From positions 35,808,929 through 35,846,063 of the forward strand of contig NC_068999.1 of assembly GCF_001194135.2 (NCBI RefSeq): 37,135 nt of DNA. The letters are read 5' to 3'. The DNA is from Octopus bimaculoides (lineage: Eukaryota). The notes beneath the pieces were generated by a model. That model was given only the letters and a program-made list of their open reading frames with translations. It made no database searches and was not told the DNA's origin. The position numbers were made by a program, and so were the translations under genes. Positions within the stretch are counted from its first letter, which is position 1. The number at the start of each line of letters is the position of its first letter. Shown piece by piece: positions 1 to 13,409 of this stretch.

Positions 1-29
1 ATATATATATATATATATATATATATATA

Positions 30-183
30 CGACGAGTTTCTTTCAGTTTCCGTCTACCAAATCTACTCACAAGGCTTTGGTCGGCCCGAGACTATAGTAG
101 AAGACACTTGTCCAAGGTGCCACGTAGTGGGACTGAATCCGGAGCCATGTGGTTGGTAAGCAAGCTACTTACCACACAGCCAC
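30..183 (-). mobile_element. tRNA-derived SINE family A, 5' half
   Basis: Reverse complement reads GTGGCTGTGTGGTAAG (A box), GGATTCAGTCCC (B box), CACCTTGGACAAGTG, GGAAACTGAAAGAA, then (TA)n. Same body as copies at 13791, 16166, 27537, 28792, 34060. Confidence 0.9.
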
Positions 184-204
184 TATCTTATTATAATTAT
201 TGAC

Positions 205-426
205 AAGCTAGCAGCATCGCTAGCACGTCGGGCGAAATTCTTAGCAGCATTCCATACGTCTTTACGTTCTGACTTCAAATTCCGCCGAAGTTGATTTTAC
301 CTTTCATTCTTTTGGAGTTGATAAATTAAGTACCAGTGAAACACTGGGGTCAATGTCATCGGCTAGTCTTCTTCCCACCCTCAAATTTCAGGCCTTGTAC
401 CTATAGTAGAAAGGATTATTATCATT
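205..426 (+). mobile_element. tRNA-derived SINE family B with (ATT)n tail
   Basis: Head with B box-like GACTTCAAATTCC, core GATAAATTAAGTACCAG..CTGGGGTCAATG, ends AAGGATTATTATCATT. Homologous to inverted copies at 12960, 22595, 22900. Confidence 0.85.
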
Positions 427-661
427 CGTACTTTTGAACAGGCTACGTAAGTCTAGGTTACAGTTGTTGTCACCCCCTTTGTTAATATTATATGTGCTAA
501 ATTTTTGTTCTAACTTGTTACTAAGAACACCAGGTGTCCTGCGGTTGTTTTTGAGCCATAAGAGGCAGAATTTATCCTTCACAAAAATACATTCGTTTGG
601 CGTTTAAAAGGAAAAAAATATCAACATACAAAATAGCAATATTATCTGCCAGTGTAAAAGC

Positions 662-965
662 AATAATGGTATTGGACGAGAGCGAAACTCACCTGGGGAT
701 CCAGAGAGCAAGGACGGAGAACTGAACTGGGATCACACTGGAGGTGTTTCTACATGTAAAGCCACACCAGCCGGAGGAGATCCCAGACCTGATCTCGCTG
801 CCGAATGGGACGAAGTTAAGAGTAAATGTGGAAGGCAGACCACCGAGATGCCATGTCTGTAGAATTACGGATAGTCTACGGGCGTTCAGCCCCCCCAAAA
901 AAAAAGACAAACAAGGAGAAAGGAGGGCCCCGCCACTGACGTCACAGCCACTGATACAACAGTAG
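662..965 (+). pseudogene. ORF1 (gag-like) remnant of a Tx1/L1-type LINE
   Basis: Translates EN*TGITLEVFLHVKPHQPEEIPDLISLPNGTKLRVNVEGRPPRCHVC, resembling the IPD..LPNG..LRV..EG.P..CxxC segment before the ORF1 zinc knuckle (knuckle degenerate). Lies upstream of an APE-type ORF2 on the same strand. Confidence 0.6.
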
Positions 966-1816
966 TAACAACATCTACAACAGTGTAAGGAATATGCAGC
1001 AACAAAAACTAGAGTGGCTAGGGCAACAACTACAACAGAACCACCGCTACCGTCACCACCATCATCGATAAGAATATAGGTAGAGAGGACCAACCACGGC
1101 TTCCTCAACTCAGATCTACGTTTCTCCCTATCTCGAACATATACTCAATCATACACACCGACATAAATGCAAATACCCGCCTATACCGGGAACGGACTCC
1201 ACAGACTTTGGTTCCGCCACATATCGAAGTGAAAACGAGAAGGAATCCCAGAAACGAAAACAAAAACCAAAATAACAAAGGAGTAAACACCCGGACTCAC
1301 ACCGGCACAGACACCGGAGGACACAATGAACGCTCTATCAGCAGGCAGAATGAGATCGAAAATAGCAGCAACACAGCTAACTCAACAAGCGTCAACACAA
1401 CCAATGCTGCCGCCACCAGCGCACCAAACACTATCACAACATCATGCCTCAAAAAAGAAAGCTTGTAAAAGCTCAATCAACTACAAAGACTAAATTTCGT
1501 GCTAGTGACGAGAGTCAACAAAGATTTGATGACCTTCATAAGTCGAAATACAGAGATTGAAAAGCGGGTTGCAATATGAGACACCAGCAGTTTGAAAGTG
1601 CCGGAGGAGCTATTGTTAGTGCGCATGATGCAAACAATATATAAAAGCATTAGTGAGATTTTCCCTTAAAATGAGGAACCACTAATGTAAAAGCCACCAG
1701 CAGACTTTTAAAATGGTTTCCAGAGGAACTCAATCAGAGACAATGCCGGCCGCCAACAACACCGAGACAACAAGTAACATTACACTTGTCCTTTCACACA
1801 ACTGTTTCCGGCTAAC

Positions 1817-2743
1817 ATGACGATTATTTGAGCAGGTTGTATAAATGTTCGTGGCCTAGAGTCGTACCGGAAGCAAGGTCACACTTCGGTGTGGCAGCCG
1901 CCAGTAAAACCTAGTGTTGCGAGCATGCACACATTATTTAGTACTTTGAGATCTAAACATCTCTGATTCGGCCAGGAATGGGATGCGGGTTAGCAGTGCT
2001 GTTTACGAAAGACCTAGGATCTCGGTACGGACAATCTTCGTGGACCTTGGAGTAATTTTGTAATCCTGGATGTGAGCATTAGCTCAGGTAGTGCTTTTAG
2101 ACTTGTCGCTGTGTACTGGGGTGGAGGAGCCAGATTTCTTCAGAGGTTTTGAGATTCTCCTTAGGACGACTCGCACTTTACTGCGAGCGGGCGACTGAAA
2201 CACCTTCTTGGACGCACGCTTAGATAGAGTGCGGCCATACGAACCTGTGTAAATGCCTCACGAACCTGTCCAGGTGCTTTGACTTGGCTGACAGGTACCT
2301 GCTGGATTTCCCGAATGCACCAATGTGGACAAGAGCAAACAGCATCGATTCAGATCGTATCTGTATTTTGTAGGCCTGTTCACAATTCAAGGTCGTCGGC
2401 TACACAGACTACAAATTTGTGATCTGTACGGTCGACCCAGAGAGGATCAAAGGCAAGGCCTCGGATACTGAAAGCTGAATGAATCTTTCCCAGCGAGTCA
2501 AGCATTTAGAAATCGAGTTAGAAAGTTAGTCCATCGGAAGTTGTCGAATGCAATCGTCATCAGCTGATGGTGGATAGCCCTGAGTAGAGTTATTAGAGTA
2601 GTAGCGGTAGGGTTTAGTAAAGGAATAGAATGAGAGGAACCTAGGATAGAGGAAGACCTACTTAGGAAGCTAGAAGAGGCATAGCGACTGATGCTCTGGC
2701 AGCGAAATTGGCTCTTGTTGAATTCTTCTATACTAAGCATTGG
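1817..2743 (+). pseudogene. ORF2 remnant (APE endonuclease plus linker) of a Tx1/L1-type non-LTR retrotransposon
   Basis: Ordered APE motifs with stops and frameshifts: GCINVRGL (1835-1858), SAFRLVAVY, AGD*NTFLDARLDR (2187-2228), GYTDYKFV (SDH-equivalent, about 2400), GLGY*KLNES (2457-2486), then WWIALSRVIR and LAAKLALVEFF linker. Confidence 0.85.
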
Positions 2744-2744
2744 C

Positions 2745-3880
2745 CTGCCTATGGAATTTACCAAATCTAAGATGAGAATAAATGACTTTAGCTGTATACA
2801 AACAATGAGAAAGGCGTAGAATATTTGAAATAAACAGTGAGAGTATTCAGTAAAGATATTCGAAAGCATTTTGGGGTAAATAAGTGCGCAGTACTAATTA
2901 TGAAGAGAGGTTGGAGGGTAAGCTGTGAAAGCATACAATTATTCCAACACGATTAGATTATTGCGTAATAATGAGAGATAAACGTATCTAGAAAGGCTGC
3001 AAACGGATAGGATAATGGAAGGAGAAATGAGCGACAAAGTCACTAAAGCGTACAAGAGGATAATTAGGATTGTGTTCGAAACATCAAAGGGAGAGTATAT
3101 CCTGAAAACCGTAAACGCATGGGTTATTTCTGTATTGAGATACATTGACCTCTTTCGGAAATGGACAAATATCATGCGGTAGAACTTTGATAGAACAACA
3201 AGAAAGCTACTCGCAATGCATAATGCATTCCACCATAAAAGCAATAGACATCGATTCTACCTACCAAGTAAATGTGGCACAAGATTACGAAACGTAGAAG
3301 ACACTGTTAATACAGCGATACTGCGTCTGAAAAATTATGTTGTACAGAATAAATACAGAATACAATCGGCATCCAGGGATAACAGTAAGGATAATTAAAA
3401 GAGAAAAGGAAAACCAACAGAGCATACAAATCAAAAGAAATGGAGCAACTTGGACAATTCATGCAACAAACCTAGAATGTTGAAAGTAAAGATCGCTGGC
3501 TCTGGTTGACGAACGGGAACATGAAACAGAAACAGTAATTATAGCCACTCAAGAACAAACTCTTTGAATAAATCTTATAAAAACAAAGATCGACAAAGCT
3601 CAGTCAGGCAGCAAATGTAAAATCTGCAGGAAAGGAGACGAAAGTACAAATTACTTTTTGTTTGAGTGCAGTATACTTGCACAAAAAGAGTATAAGCGCA
3701 GACATGACTGTATAGAATAGTGCATTGGGACGTTAGCAGAATGTATGGCCCCAAAACAATAGAAAAATGATATGATAGAAAAGGTGAATTGCAAGATCTT
3801 GTGAGATTTGCCCATAAAGACTGACCACAGTGCTGAAGCAAGAAGACCATATATGATCCTAGAGGACAAAATAAAACAAA
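2745..3880 (+). pseudogene. Decayed RT, CCHC finger and start of RLE domain of an R4/Dong-clade non-LTR retrotransposon
   Basis: KMRIN-(deletion)-D..LY, VRVFSKDIRKHFGVNKCAVLIMKRG, MHNAFHHKSNRHRFYLP (3216), CKICRKGDES..ECSILAQKEYKRRHD (3616-3707), KIL*DLPIKTDHSAEARRPYMI (3793-3860). Many stops and frameshifts. Confidence 0.88.
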
Positions 3881-4747
3881 ATAAACCCTGCCTAATTTGC
3901 AAGTCCACTAACACACAAAGCCATCATGCACAAACTCATATTCATATCTTTTCTATGACTGGCTACACGGGATCTGAGACCTTATTGTGGGAGATGAGAC
4001 GAACGCAAGATTTCTTTCTTAGGGTGGAAAGCAAAAGCAGAAAAAGATAAATATGTAGTTGAAGCTGTTTGATGAGGGTGTGTTACATATGTCATCCACG
4101 TACACGCCAACACCAACACAAACACTATAATCACAGCGGCAACAATAACAACAAAAGAAACTAAAGCATAAGTAAAAATTATAAATGTACAATCACAACT
4201 ACAAGAGAACGAAAACAAAAAGAAAAAGAAACAATTATAGGAACAATATGGACAACCGAACTAACAAATGCAACTGTCTGCATCAACAGCCCTGCCGTTC
4301 GAAAGAGTATCAGCGATCTGGTGAACAAGGGATTACATAACAAAAATGTCCTTACCAAAATAGACAATACATAATGGCTTATCTTGAAAGACATAGATGC
4401 ATCTACAACAATATAATTTTTAAAAAACCCTTTCGGAATACGATCACTACGGAAGAAACCAATTAAAACGCAGTAAAAGAGGTCTTCCGTGGACACCAGT
4501 CAACAACCATCGAGAAAACCTGGCTATCATTTCCTTGACTTGGGAAACAAAGCCATTGAATGTTTGGTGAGTAGCAAAATGTGTCCAAGCAGACTGCGTT
4601 CTCGAAACTGATGGTGTCAGTGGTGCCGGTGGCTGACGTAACTGTCTCCCTCTTTGCGATGTTGACAGTGGTGACTTTGGTGGGGGTACACAAGATTCTA
4701 TAATTGCTGTCGACAGTCTTGTGTGTGTGTGTTTGTGTGTGTGTGTT

Positions 4748-4796
<49 letters not shown>

Positions 4797-5716
4797 ATGT
4801 GTGTGTGTGTGTNNNNNNNNNNNNNNNNNNNNNNNNNNNNNNNNNNNNNNNNNNNNNNNNNNNNNNNNATATATATATATATATATATATATAACGAAAA
4901 CAGATATAGAATGGCAAGATAAATGCATATATTAAATGCAGAGACGAACGGAAAAGATATATTAAATGCACAGGTGAATGGGCAAACACTCGCAGAAGGT
5001 TACAAATTTCTCATCAGTTTTCAACCAGAGGCTAATGACGCTATTTCGTACCTTTAACGATAAGATTACTTCCCAGTTGGAGGCATCGACAAGAGTTGTG
5101 GAGAATATTGGACCGAGAACAAACAAACAATTGCTTGGATAACAAAGCGATACAGAAGTAGACATACAAAAATAAATAAATGTATGACGATTGACGAAGG
5201 GCAAAGGCGAAATAAATAAATAAAAAGCCTTAAGGCCATATGAAGACGAAGCATGAGTAATGCTTACAGGGAAATCCTAAAGGATTGGGAGCAGAAAGAA
5301 AACAAACAACGAGACAGGCTGAAGTCAGCGACCGGTGTAAAAAAGAGAGAGAGAGAGAAAGAAAAAAGGGCCGACAACGGATCACGTGTCAGCAGCAAGC
5401 AGAAAGAAACACATACGACAGAGAGAAAGAGAGGGAGATAAGAAGGAAGGAAGAGACGGAGTGAGAATAAAAGGAGAAAGAAGGAAGGCTAGAAATAGAA
5501 GTCGCACAGATATATAAATAACTTACATTTTATAAAAACCAGGGTGCGTTGCGTTCCATTAATAAATGCGTGAAAAATGCATAGCAAATCGCCAATGCAC
5601 AAACGAAAACAGACGCAGAATGGCAAGTTTACTCGGTATTACCTGTATCTTTGGGTTCGGTTAAATCCAATACTTTCCTTAAACTTATATATATATGTAT
5701 ATATATATATATATAT

Positions 5717-6679
5717 NNNNNNNNNNNNNNNNNNNNNNNNNNNNNNNNNNNNNNNNNNNNNNNNNNNNNNNNNNNNNNNNNNNNNNNNNNNNNNNNNNNN
5801 NNNNNNNNNNNNNNNNNNNNNNNNNNNNNNNNNNNNNNNNNNNNNNNNNNNNNNNNNNNNNNNNNNNNNNNNNNNNNNNNNNNNNNNNNNNNNNNNNNNN
5901 NNNNNNNNNNNNNNNNNNNNNNNNNNNNNNNNNNNNNNNNNNNNNNNNNNNNNNNNNNNNNNNNNNNNNNNNNNNNNNNNNNNNNNNNNNNNNNNNNNNN
6001 NNNNNNNNNNNNNNNNNNNNNNNNNNNNNNNNNNNNNNNNNNNNNNNNNNNNNNNNNNNNNNNNNNNNNNNNNNNNNNNNNNNNNNNNNNNNNNNNNNNN
6101 NNNNNNNNNNNNNNNNNNNNNNNNNNNNNNNNNNNNNNNNNNNNNNNNNNNNNNNNNNNNNNNNNNNNNNNNNNNNNNNNNNNNNNNNNNNNNNNNNNNN
6201 NNNNNNNNNNNNNNNNNNNNNNNNNNNNNNNNNNNNNNNNNNNNNNNNNNNNNNNNNNNNNNNNNNNNNNNNNNNNNNNNNNNNNNNNNNNNNNNNNNNN
6301 NNNNNNNNNNNNNNNNNNNNNNNNNNNNNNNNNNNNNNNNNNNNNNNNNNNNNNNNNNNNNNNNNNNNNNNNNNNNNNNNNNNNNNNNNNNNNNNNNNNN
6401 NNNNNNNNNNNNNNNNNNNNNNNNNNNNNNNNNNNNNNNNNNNNNNNNNNNNNNNNNNNNNNNNNNNNNNNNNNNNNNNNNNNNNNNNNNNNNNNNNNNN
6501 NNNNNNNNNNNNNNNNNNNNNNNNNNNNNNNNNNNNNNNNNNNNNNNNNNNNNNNNNNNNNNNNNNNNNNNNNNNNNNNNNNNNNNNNNNNNNNNNNNNN
6601 NNNNNNNNNNNNNNNNNNNNNNNNNNNNNNNNNNNNNNNNNNNNNNNNNNNNNNNNNNNNNNNNNNNNNNNNNNNNNNN
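5717..6679. other. Assembly gap (one of ten)
   Basis: N runs: 4813-4868, 5717-6679, 7911-8190, 9352-9705, 18506-19479, 20223-20450, 27992-28429, 29282-30230, 30452-30771, 36327-36336. Most abut (TA)n. Confidence 1.
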
Positions 6680-6859
6680 ATATATATATATATATATATA
6701 CACATATGCATATACTCTTGTACATATGTACGTAAATGCATAAATAGATATTTATCCATATATGTGTGTAAACAGACACACAAACATATAAATACACACA
6801 CACATACACACACATATATTTATAGGAAGAGTCAGGGAAAGATTCAGTTAAATATTTTG

Positions 6860-6995
6860 CGCAGGATGGAGTAACGTGAAAAAATGAAATGCCTTGCTCA
6901 ACACCATAACGCAGCGCCCAGTGCAGAAATCGAATTCATGGTTGATCTTATAGTCGTGCAATCAAATTCTTAACTCGTAGGTAATTCGCCTGTAC
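6860..6995 (-). mobile_element. tRNA-derived SINE family C, head only
   Basis: Reverse complement has degenerate A/B boxes (GAGTTAAG, ATTCGATTTC) followed by TGTTGAGCAAGGCATTTCA; similar to the head of the 21008-21305 copy. Confidence 0.6.
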
Positions 6996-7559
6996 AGTAA
7001 AACCCTGATAGCTTTCAAGAATATTTTCTTAAACAATTCAGAGTTCAACGAAGCAAGGTTATACAAAGTAATGAAAACATGATAAAAATACATTCTTGAG
7101 TCTCTGTTGTTATAAAGTATAGAAAGAAACTAACTTAAGTATAATTATGCCGTTGTGAAGAAAAACATCCGCTCACAACGATGTACCAATGTTAGAAATT
7201 TCACTTCCATACATAGAAATGAAGTTCTTTTTATATGAAAGTCTTGCATCTTGTTGGCTTAAATTTTTGACAAAAAAAATAGGATATATATTGCCTATAT
7301 GTGTAAAGAAAATGGAATGATCTTTTGCTGCACTCTCGAATGTATGTATGTATGTATGTATGTATGTATGTATGTATGTATGTATGTATGTATGTATGTA
7401 TTAATAACTTTAAATAATATCACATGTGATGTGAAATTAGAAACGGACTTTAATTAAATCTAATGTTATTATAAGACCATTAAAGTTGTTTAGATTAATC
7501 AAATTTAATCACATAATACAATCGGTAAAAAAACGTTTTTAAATATAAACTATATAGAT

Positions 7560-7595
<36 letters not shown>

Positions 7596-8852
7596 CAGAC
7601 AGATAGATTGATAGATAGACACACACAAACACACACACATATATGTATATAAACGTATATATGTATGTTTTATACACACGCACAAACACACACACACACA
7701 CACACACATACGTAAATAACGAACAATGTGAATGAATGTCTAACACCGCATAGATGGATAAAATTGCTTTATTCGTGTATTAAGGCTACCATTGCATTCG
7801 TGATCAGAAAATATCTCAAGAATGCTTTAGGCCCGATCATACAGAAAAATTGGTTTTGGTCTCCATTTGGATTAAAATCCAATACATACATGCATATATA
7901 TATATATATANNNNNNNNNNNNNNNNNNNNNNNNNNNNNNNNNNNNNNNNNNNNNNNNNNNNNNNNNNNNNNNNNNNNNNNNNNNNNNNNNNNNNNNNNN
8001 NNNNNNNNNNNNNNNNNNNNNNNNNNNNNNNNNNNNNNNNNNNNNNNNNNNNNNNNNNNNNNNNNNNNNNNNNNNNNNNNNNNNNNNNNNNNNNNNNNNN
8101 NNNNNNNNNNNNNNNNNNNNNNNNNNNNNNNNNNNNNNNNNNNNNNNNNNNNNNNNNNNNNNNNNNNNNNNNNNNNNNNNNNNNNNNNNNTATATATATA
8201 TATATATATATTATATAATGAAAATTATATGACAGAGGAATAAATAATTATCTCATGAAATTCATTCACTTGCAGCTGTTTTTGCTCTAAAGCGCGGTGG
8301 ACTCAGAGTTAAGTGCCTGAGTAACTGAGTAATACCGTATAGTTTCATCGGGATCACAATTATGAAGTGCAATTCATCTGGGAAAACAATTACATTTATG
8401 CATATACATAGGAAAGCATTAACAAGGAAAATATGTATGTAGGAACCGGAATCCAAGAGCTTTTCCTATATTCCGCATAGATTAATGTTAAAGGGTGAAA
8501 TAAGGAAAGCTATATTAGAGAAACAATAAATATATATACACACACATATACAGACAAACACATACACACACACACACATATTCATATACATATACAAATG
8601 TATATGTATGTATGACTATATATATGTAAGTATGTATGTATGTATGTATGTACGTACGTATGTATGTATCTATGAATAGTTGTACATGTATGTACACATA
8701 TGTACATGTGTATATATTTAATTATGTCTATATATTTGCATTCGCATGTATGTATGTGTCCAAGTGCATTCATGTGTATGTATTATGGAACAGTCATACT
8801 GATGCGGCAATAAACGTTACTTATCTATCTATCTATCTATCTATTATCTATA

Positions 8853-8898
<46 letters not shown>

Positions 8899-11242
8899 CC
8901 TCTCTCTCTCTGTCTCTCTCTACACTTGCTTCTTGATAAAATTCTTGTAAAAGAGTTTTATCCCTTTTTGAATTTATTTATCAAATATATACACGGAATA
9001 TATTCAATGTTGAATTTTTATTCCTGTCTCCACATGGGTACCCAGAAGCAACCCGGAAGTATTCCCGCTTCTTGGATGAAGATATATACAGATAAACTTC
9101 ATTCCCTTTACTCTGTCGGATACGTAGTGTGTTCGTTTTTGGTGAGGTGAGAATTCTGTTTATTTATATATATTTTTGGGACAATACTGTGCTGATGAAC
9201 GAAATCTAGATTCATTTTAGTAATCGCGAAATCGGCCGATACACAGTTAAGTTTATTTAAAAGAAAGTTGGTCGTCTTCTGTTGGTTGTTTTTCCTCGCA
9301 TTAGGTACTAAATGTGGTTATTTTGAGAAGTCCACTGTGTGGCGTTATTATNNNNNNNNNNNNNNNNNNNNNNNNNNNNNNNNNNNNNNNNNNNNNNNNN
9401 NNNNNNNNNNNNNNNNNNNNNNNNNNNNNNNNNNNNNNNNNNNNNNNNNNNNNNNNNNNNNNNNNNNNNNNNNNNNNNNNNNNNNNNNNNNNNNNNNNNN
9501 NNNNNNNNNNNNNNNNNNNNNNNNNNNNNNNNNNNNNNNNNNNNNNNNNNNNNNNNNNNNNNNNNNNNNNNNNNNNNNNNNNNNNNNNNNNNNNNNNNNN
9601 NNNNNNNNNNNNNNNNNNNNNNNNNNNNNNNNNNNNNNNNNNNNNNNNNNNNNNNNNNNNNNNNNNNNNNNNNNNNNNNNNNNNNNNNNNNNNNNNNNNN
9701 NNNNNTATATATATATATATATATATATCATGAGAATGAGATGACAAATTGGAGCTGACAAAGAAATTCTCCGCCAACAACTAACTCTTTCCTGTGGCAT
9801 GCCAAAAAGCTGAATCCTACTGCCATTAATATGATTATTCAGCAAGAAGTGACCAGAATCTCAAGGGGCTTCACATAGTCATCTCAAATGAACCTAAGAC
9901 CCTGTGCAAAAATGTTTAGAATCATCGTGGTGTGCTGACGCAGTCAGAACACCAGTTGTTACCCCTCCTGCCGCTTACAACGCTGTAGTCTTCTTTGCAG
10001 CTGGTCATTTCCCCGGAACGTCCTACATCCTGTTCCGGATTTACAGAGGATTGAACAACAATCATGATGTCCGTATTTTGATACTCGGCGCGAATCATCA
10101 TAATACTCGTAACACTTTACCGATATTCTAATGGTTTCTAGAGCTCCATGTCAGCTAACATTTTCTCAACTATAACATTAATCTGTAAACGCCGTTGAGT
10201 GTTTACTAACATATCAATCTGTTCTTGAAAAAAAGAAGAATGAAATAATCGTCAAATTTAGCCCGAGTACTCTGTTTTTATCACATATAATATATTCTAG
10301 TCTTGAATTTACATCAGTGACCCAAAAGTCTAGAGTTTCATTTCGAAGCCTTCATCAAGCCGCAGCAGTTTTCTAGTACTACGGAAGTCTAAACGTTTGA
10401 ACTACTGATGTTCCTTCTTAGTTATAACGAAATAATGTAAGCTCCCTGTGCAGTGAGACCTCGAATTCTATTACTCCCGGCTGTATAGATTATTAAACAA
10501 TTATCCATATCGAAGAAAACGCAACAACTAAAACTGAGTTCTCTTGAACAATCTTCCATATAGTTTACACCTAATTTCTCATGTATGTCCTTAAGCCAAG
10601 AGGATATAGTTGTTAAGTATTTTATTAGGGTGCCACACGATTGCGCTCGAAACCATATAATTACTAGGTTTTAATTCATTTAAATACTTTCTCCAAGCTT
10701 TCTTAGCTTTACCATAATTATTTAAACATCTCGTATCCGTAATAATAAAGTGACGAACTGGTATTATGCAATAAAAAAAAACTCCTGGTGTAAGTTAACA
10801 GATGCAATTGCCAGTAATATATCAGGTTTGGAATTGAGAGACTCTTAGAGTTTTATTGATAGTCTACTACGGTTTGGGGATTACATTAGAGTAGTCCGTC
10901 CAAAACTGCCTCAAGATATTTGATATATGTACGGCCAGCGTAAATATAATAACTATAGTCAGACAAGATAAGCGTAAGATAAAAACCGTTTAAAATCACT
11001 ATTTGACCCCAGGAGGACATGACATCGACAGTTTGAACGACACTTCCCCAATAAACCATTCACAGGAAAGTGGACATAAAAGTTAGTGCACATTAAAGTA
11101 AAGTCCGCCAAATTTTATATATGGAGATACAATATACATGACATCGCTAAAGAAAAAAAAAACAAGGTTGAAATGTGTATATACATACAAATTAGTTGAA
11201 TTAATGTAAATACATTTTCATAGAAAAGACAAGTGCGTATAA

Positions 11243-11246
<4 letters not shown>

Positions 11247-11279
<33 letters not shown>

Positions 11280-11479
11280 TACGTACGTACGTATGCATGT
11301 ATGTATGTATGTATGTATGTATGTATGTATGTATGTATGTTATATATGCCCGTCGTTGTGTGGGTGTGCGTGAGTGTTTGTGTGTTTGCGTATGTGTGTG
11401 GAGGGGTCTGCGTGTGTGTCTATGTGTGTGTATACGTATTTGATAATTATGTATAGGCACGTTTATACATACATATATG

Positions 11480-11570
<91 letters not shown>
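11247..11570. repeat. Compound microsatellite (TG)n (TACG)n (TATG)n (TA)n (GA)n
   Basis: Directly visible. Similar tracts at 4719-4812, 7341-7400, 7551-7710, 8530-8900, 12200-12660, 14915-15010, 18300-18505, 36125-36480. Confidence 0.97.
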
Positions 11571-11572
<2 letters not shown>

Positions 11573-12288
11573 AACATTTTGTTATGTATATGTTGTTTCA
11601 ATGAAATTTCATCAGATAAATAATTTGATGGGTTCTATATCGATAGTCTTGTACAATTCCTGTATATACTGTCAACATTTCATTTCTAAAAGATATTGAC
11701 GTTCGAATAACTGTATCATTATCTACTGAGACGATATTTTAGAAGCGTGTGATATATTTGTATGGCACAACACACTCACACACTTACATGTACATATACA
11801 TACACAAACAGAAACACACACGCACACACACACACACCATACATACGAACACAGGTATTCACAATCGTAAATTGTGTCTCTTCATGTAAATGTATGTATA
11901 TGCGTGTATGTGAGTGCGTATAAAGAGAGAGAAAAGGAGTAGGGGAAAGACAGGCAGATATACAATATAAAATATACATACAATATATATATCATGTTTG
12001 GGTGTATATATGTGTTTATAAATATATGTATATGTACATCGATATATGTATGTATATTAACGATAATTTCAAGTGTATTACATGGTTAAAATTCTGAGGT
12101 CTCGGACAAGATGTCTTTATGAGCCAAATAAAATGTCGGTAAGTTCCAAATAATATTAATAGCGACGAAAATGTAGCAAGCTGGATTATTAGCAAACACT
12201 AAACCATTACGTGTAAATATATTATGTATGTGTATGTACATATATATTCATATATAAACATTATATGTATACATGTATATATATATAC

Positions 12289-12328
<40 letters not shown>

Positions 12329-12959
12329 TCAACCGCACACATTTGTGTGTATTTATAACTATGTATGTATCTATCTGTATATCTATATGCATATGTCCAT
12401 GTATATGCATATATATATATATGTATATGCATATATATATATATATATATACATATATATACACGCACACACACATACATATACATACAGATATATGTAA
12501 ATATATACATACATGTATATATTTACAATATATACATGCATATTCATGTATATGTATAATGTATATAAATATATTTATACACATAAATACATATAAATAT
12601 ATTTATATATATTGATATATATGTATACATGTGTGTATGTATATATGTGTGCGTATGTGTGTGTTTGCAGTGAAACGAAATATTTTGAGTGCAACATTAT
12701 GTTTTTACAGAGTTTAATTGTTTAATTAACCTTAATGCCACCGTATGCTAGGTGAGGTGGGATAAGGCAGTGACATGTTCTGCTCGGAAAGGAAATGTTT
12801 CATTCTGCGCAAAATACACTGAACCGTTTATTAGTGAACTCGCAATAAGAAATTTTATATCGGTTAAAATTTATCTCAGTAATGAATGAAATATTTACCA
12901 ATTTAATTAATAATTCCGGTCAAAGACGACAGGAAGGATAAGAAAGATATTGTATTTCA

Positions 12960-13190
12960 TCATCCCTAATTATTGATCTCAATGTTTGGTAGAAAGTCAG
13001 CAAGTTTGAAGGAAGGAGGTATGTCGATTACAATGACCCCAGTGGTCAACTGATAGTTATCTTATCGACCCTGAAAGGAAAAATGTCAAATCCGTGCTCG
13101 GCAGAATTTGATCTTCGAACATAGGACAGACGAAATGACGCTAAGCATTTTACCTGATGTGCTAACGACTCAGCTAGTTCGCCGCCTTAA
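12960..13190 (-). mobile_element. SINE family B, diverged
   Basis: Plus strand GTCGATTACAATGACCCCAG..TTATCGACCCTGAAAGG..GCTAACGACTCAGCTAGTTCGCCGCCTT is the inverse of the family B copy at 205. Confidence 0.8.
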
Positions 13191-13409
13191 TCTTCCCTAA
13201 TTATTAAGAAATGGGAGTCATATGCGCAAACATTGCTGAGTGTTTAAGCAGCTCGCTTTAAAATCACGTGGTTTCCGTTTCAGTTTCAATGCGCATGCCA
13301 CTACATCCCCGGATCGATCAATATCTTGTCAGTTATATTTGGTGAACAGAAGCCTGTAATTTGGTGTGGAAAGCCCGTTCAATTTATCTATATGCATATA
13401 GATGTGTGC

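Noticed and set aside
2196-3804. TGA at expected Trp positions (2196, 2469, 3802), suggesting UGA recoding or targeted deamination
   Set aside because: The same relics have frameshifts and TAA/TAG stops; TGG to TGA is one transition and the sample is tiny.
5577-6874. Long ORFs (346-414 aa) here and at 18294-19570, 27815-28531, 29132-30362, 30409-31061
   Set aside because: They are open only because they cross N-gaps and (TA)n/(CA)n tracts.
8270-8377. Minus-strand 108-nt phase 1-1 exon-like segment (ELHFIIVIPMKLYGITQLLRHLTLSPPRFRAKTAA)
   Set aside because: Isolated and without recognisable homology; expected by chance in this much AT-rich DNA.
11218-12615. Many 60-150 aa ORFs rich in YI, CV, HT or SL repeats
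   Set aside because: Translations of microsatellites.
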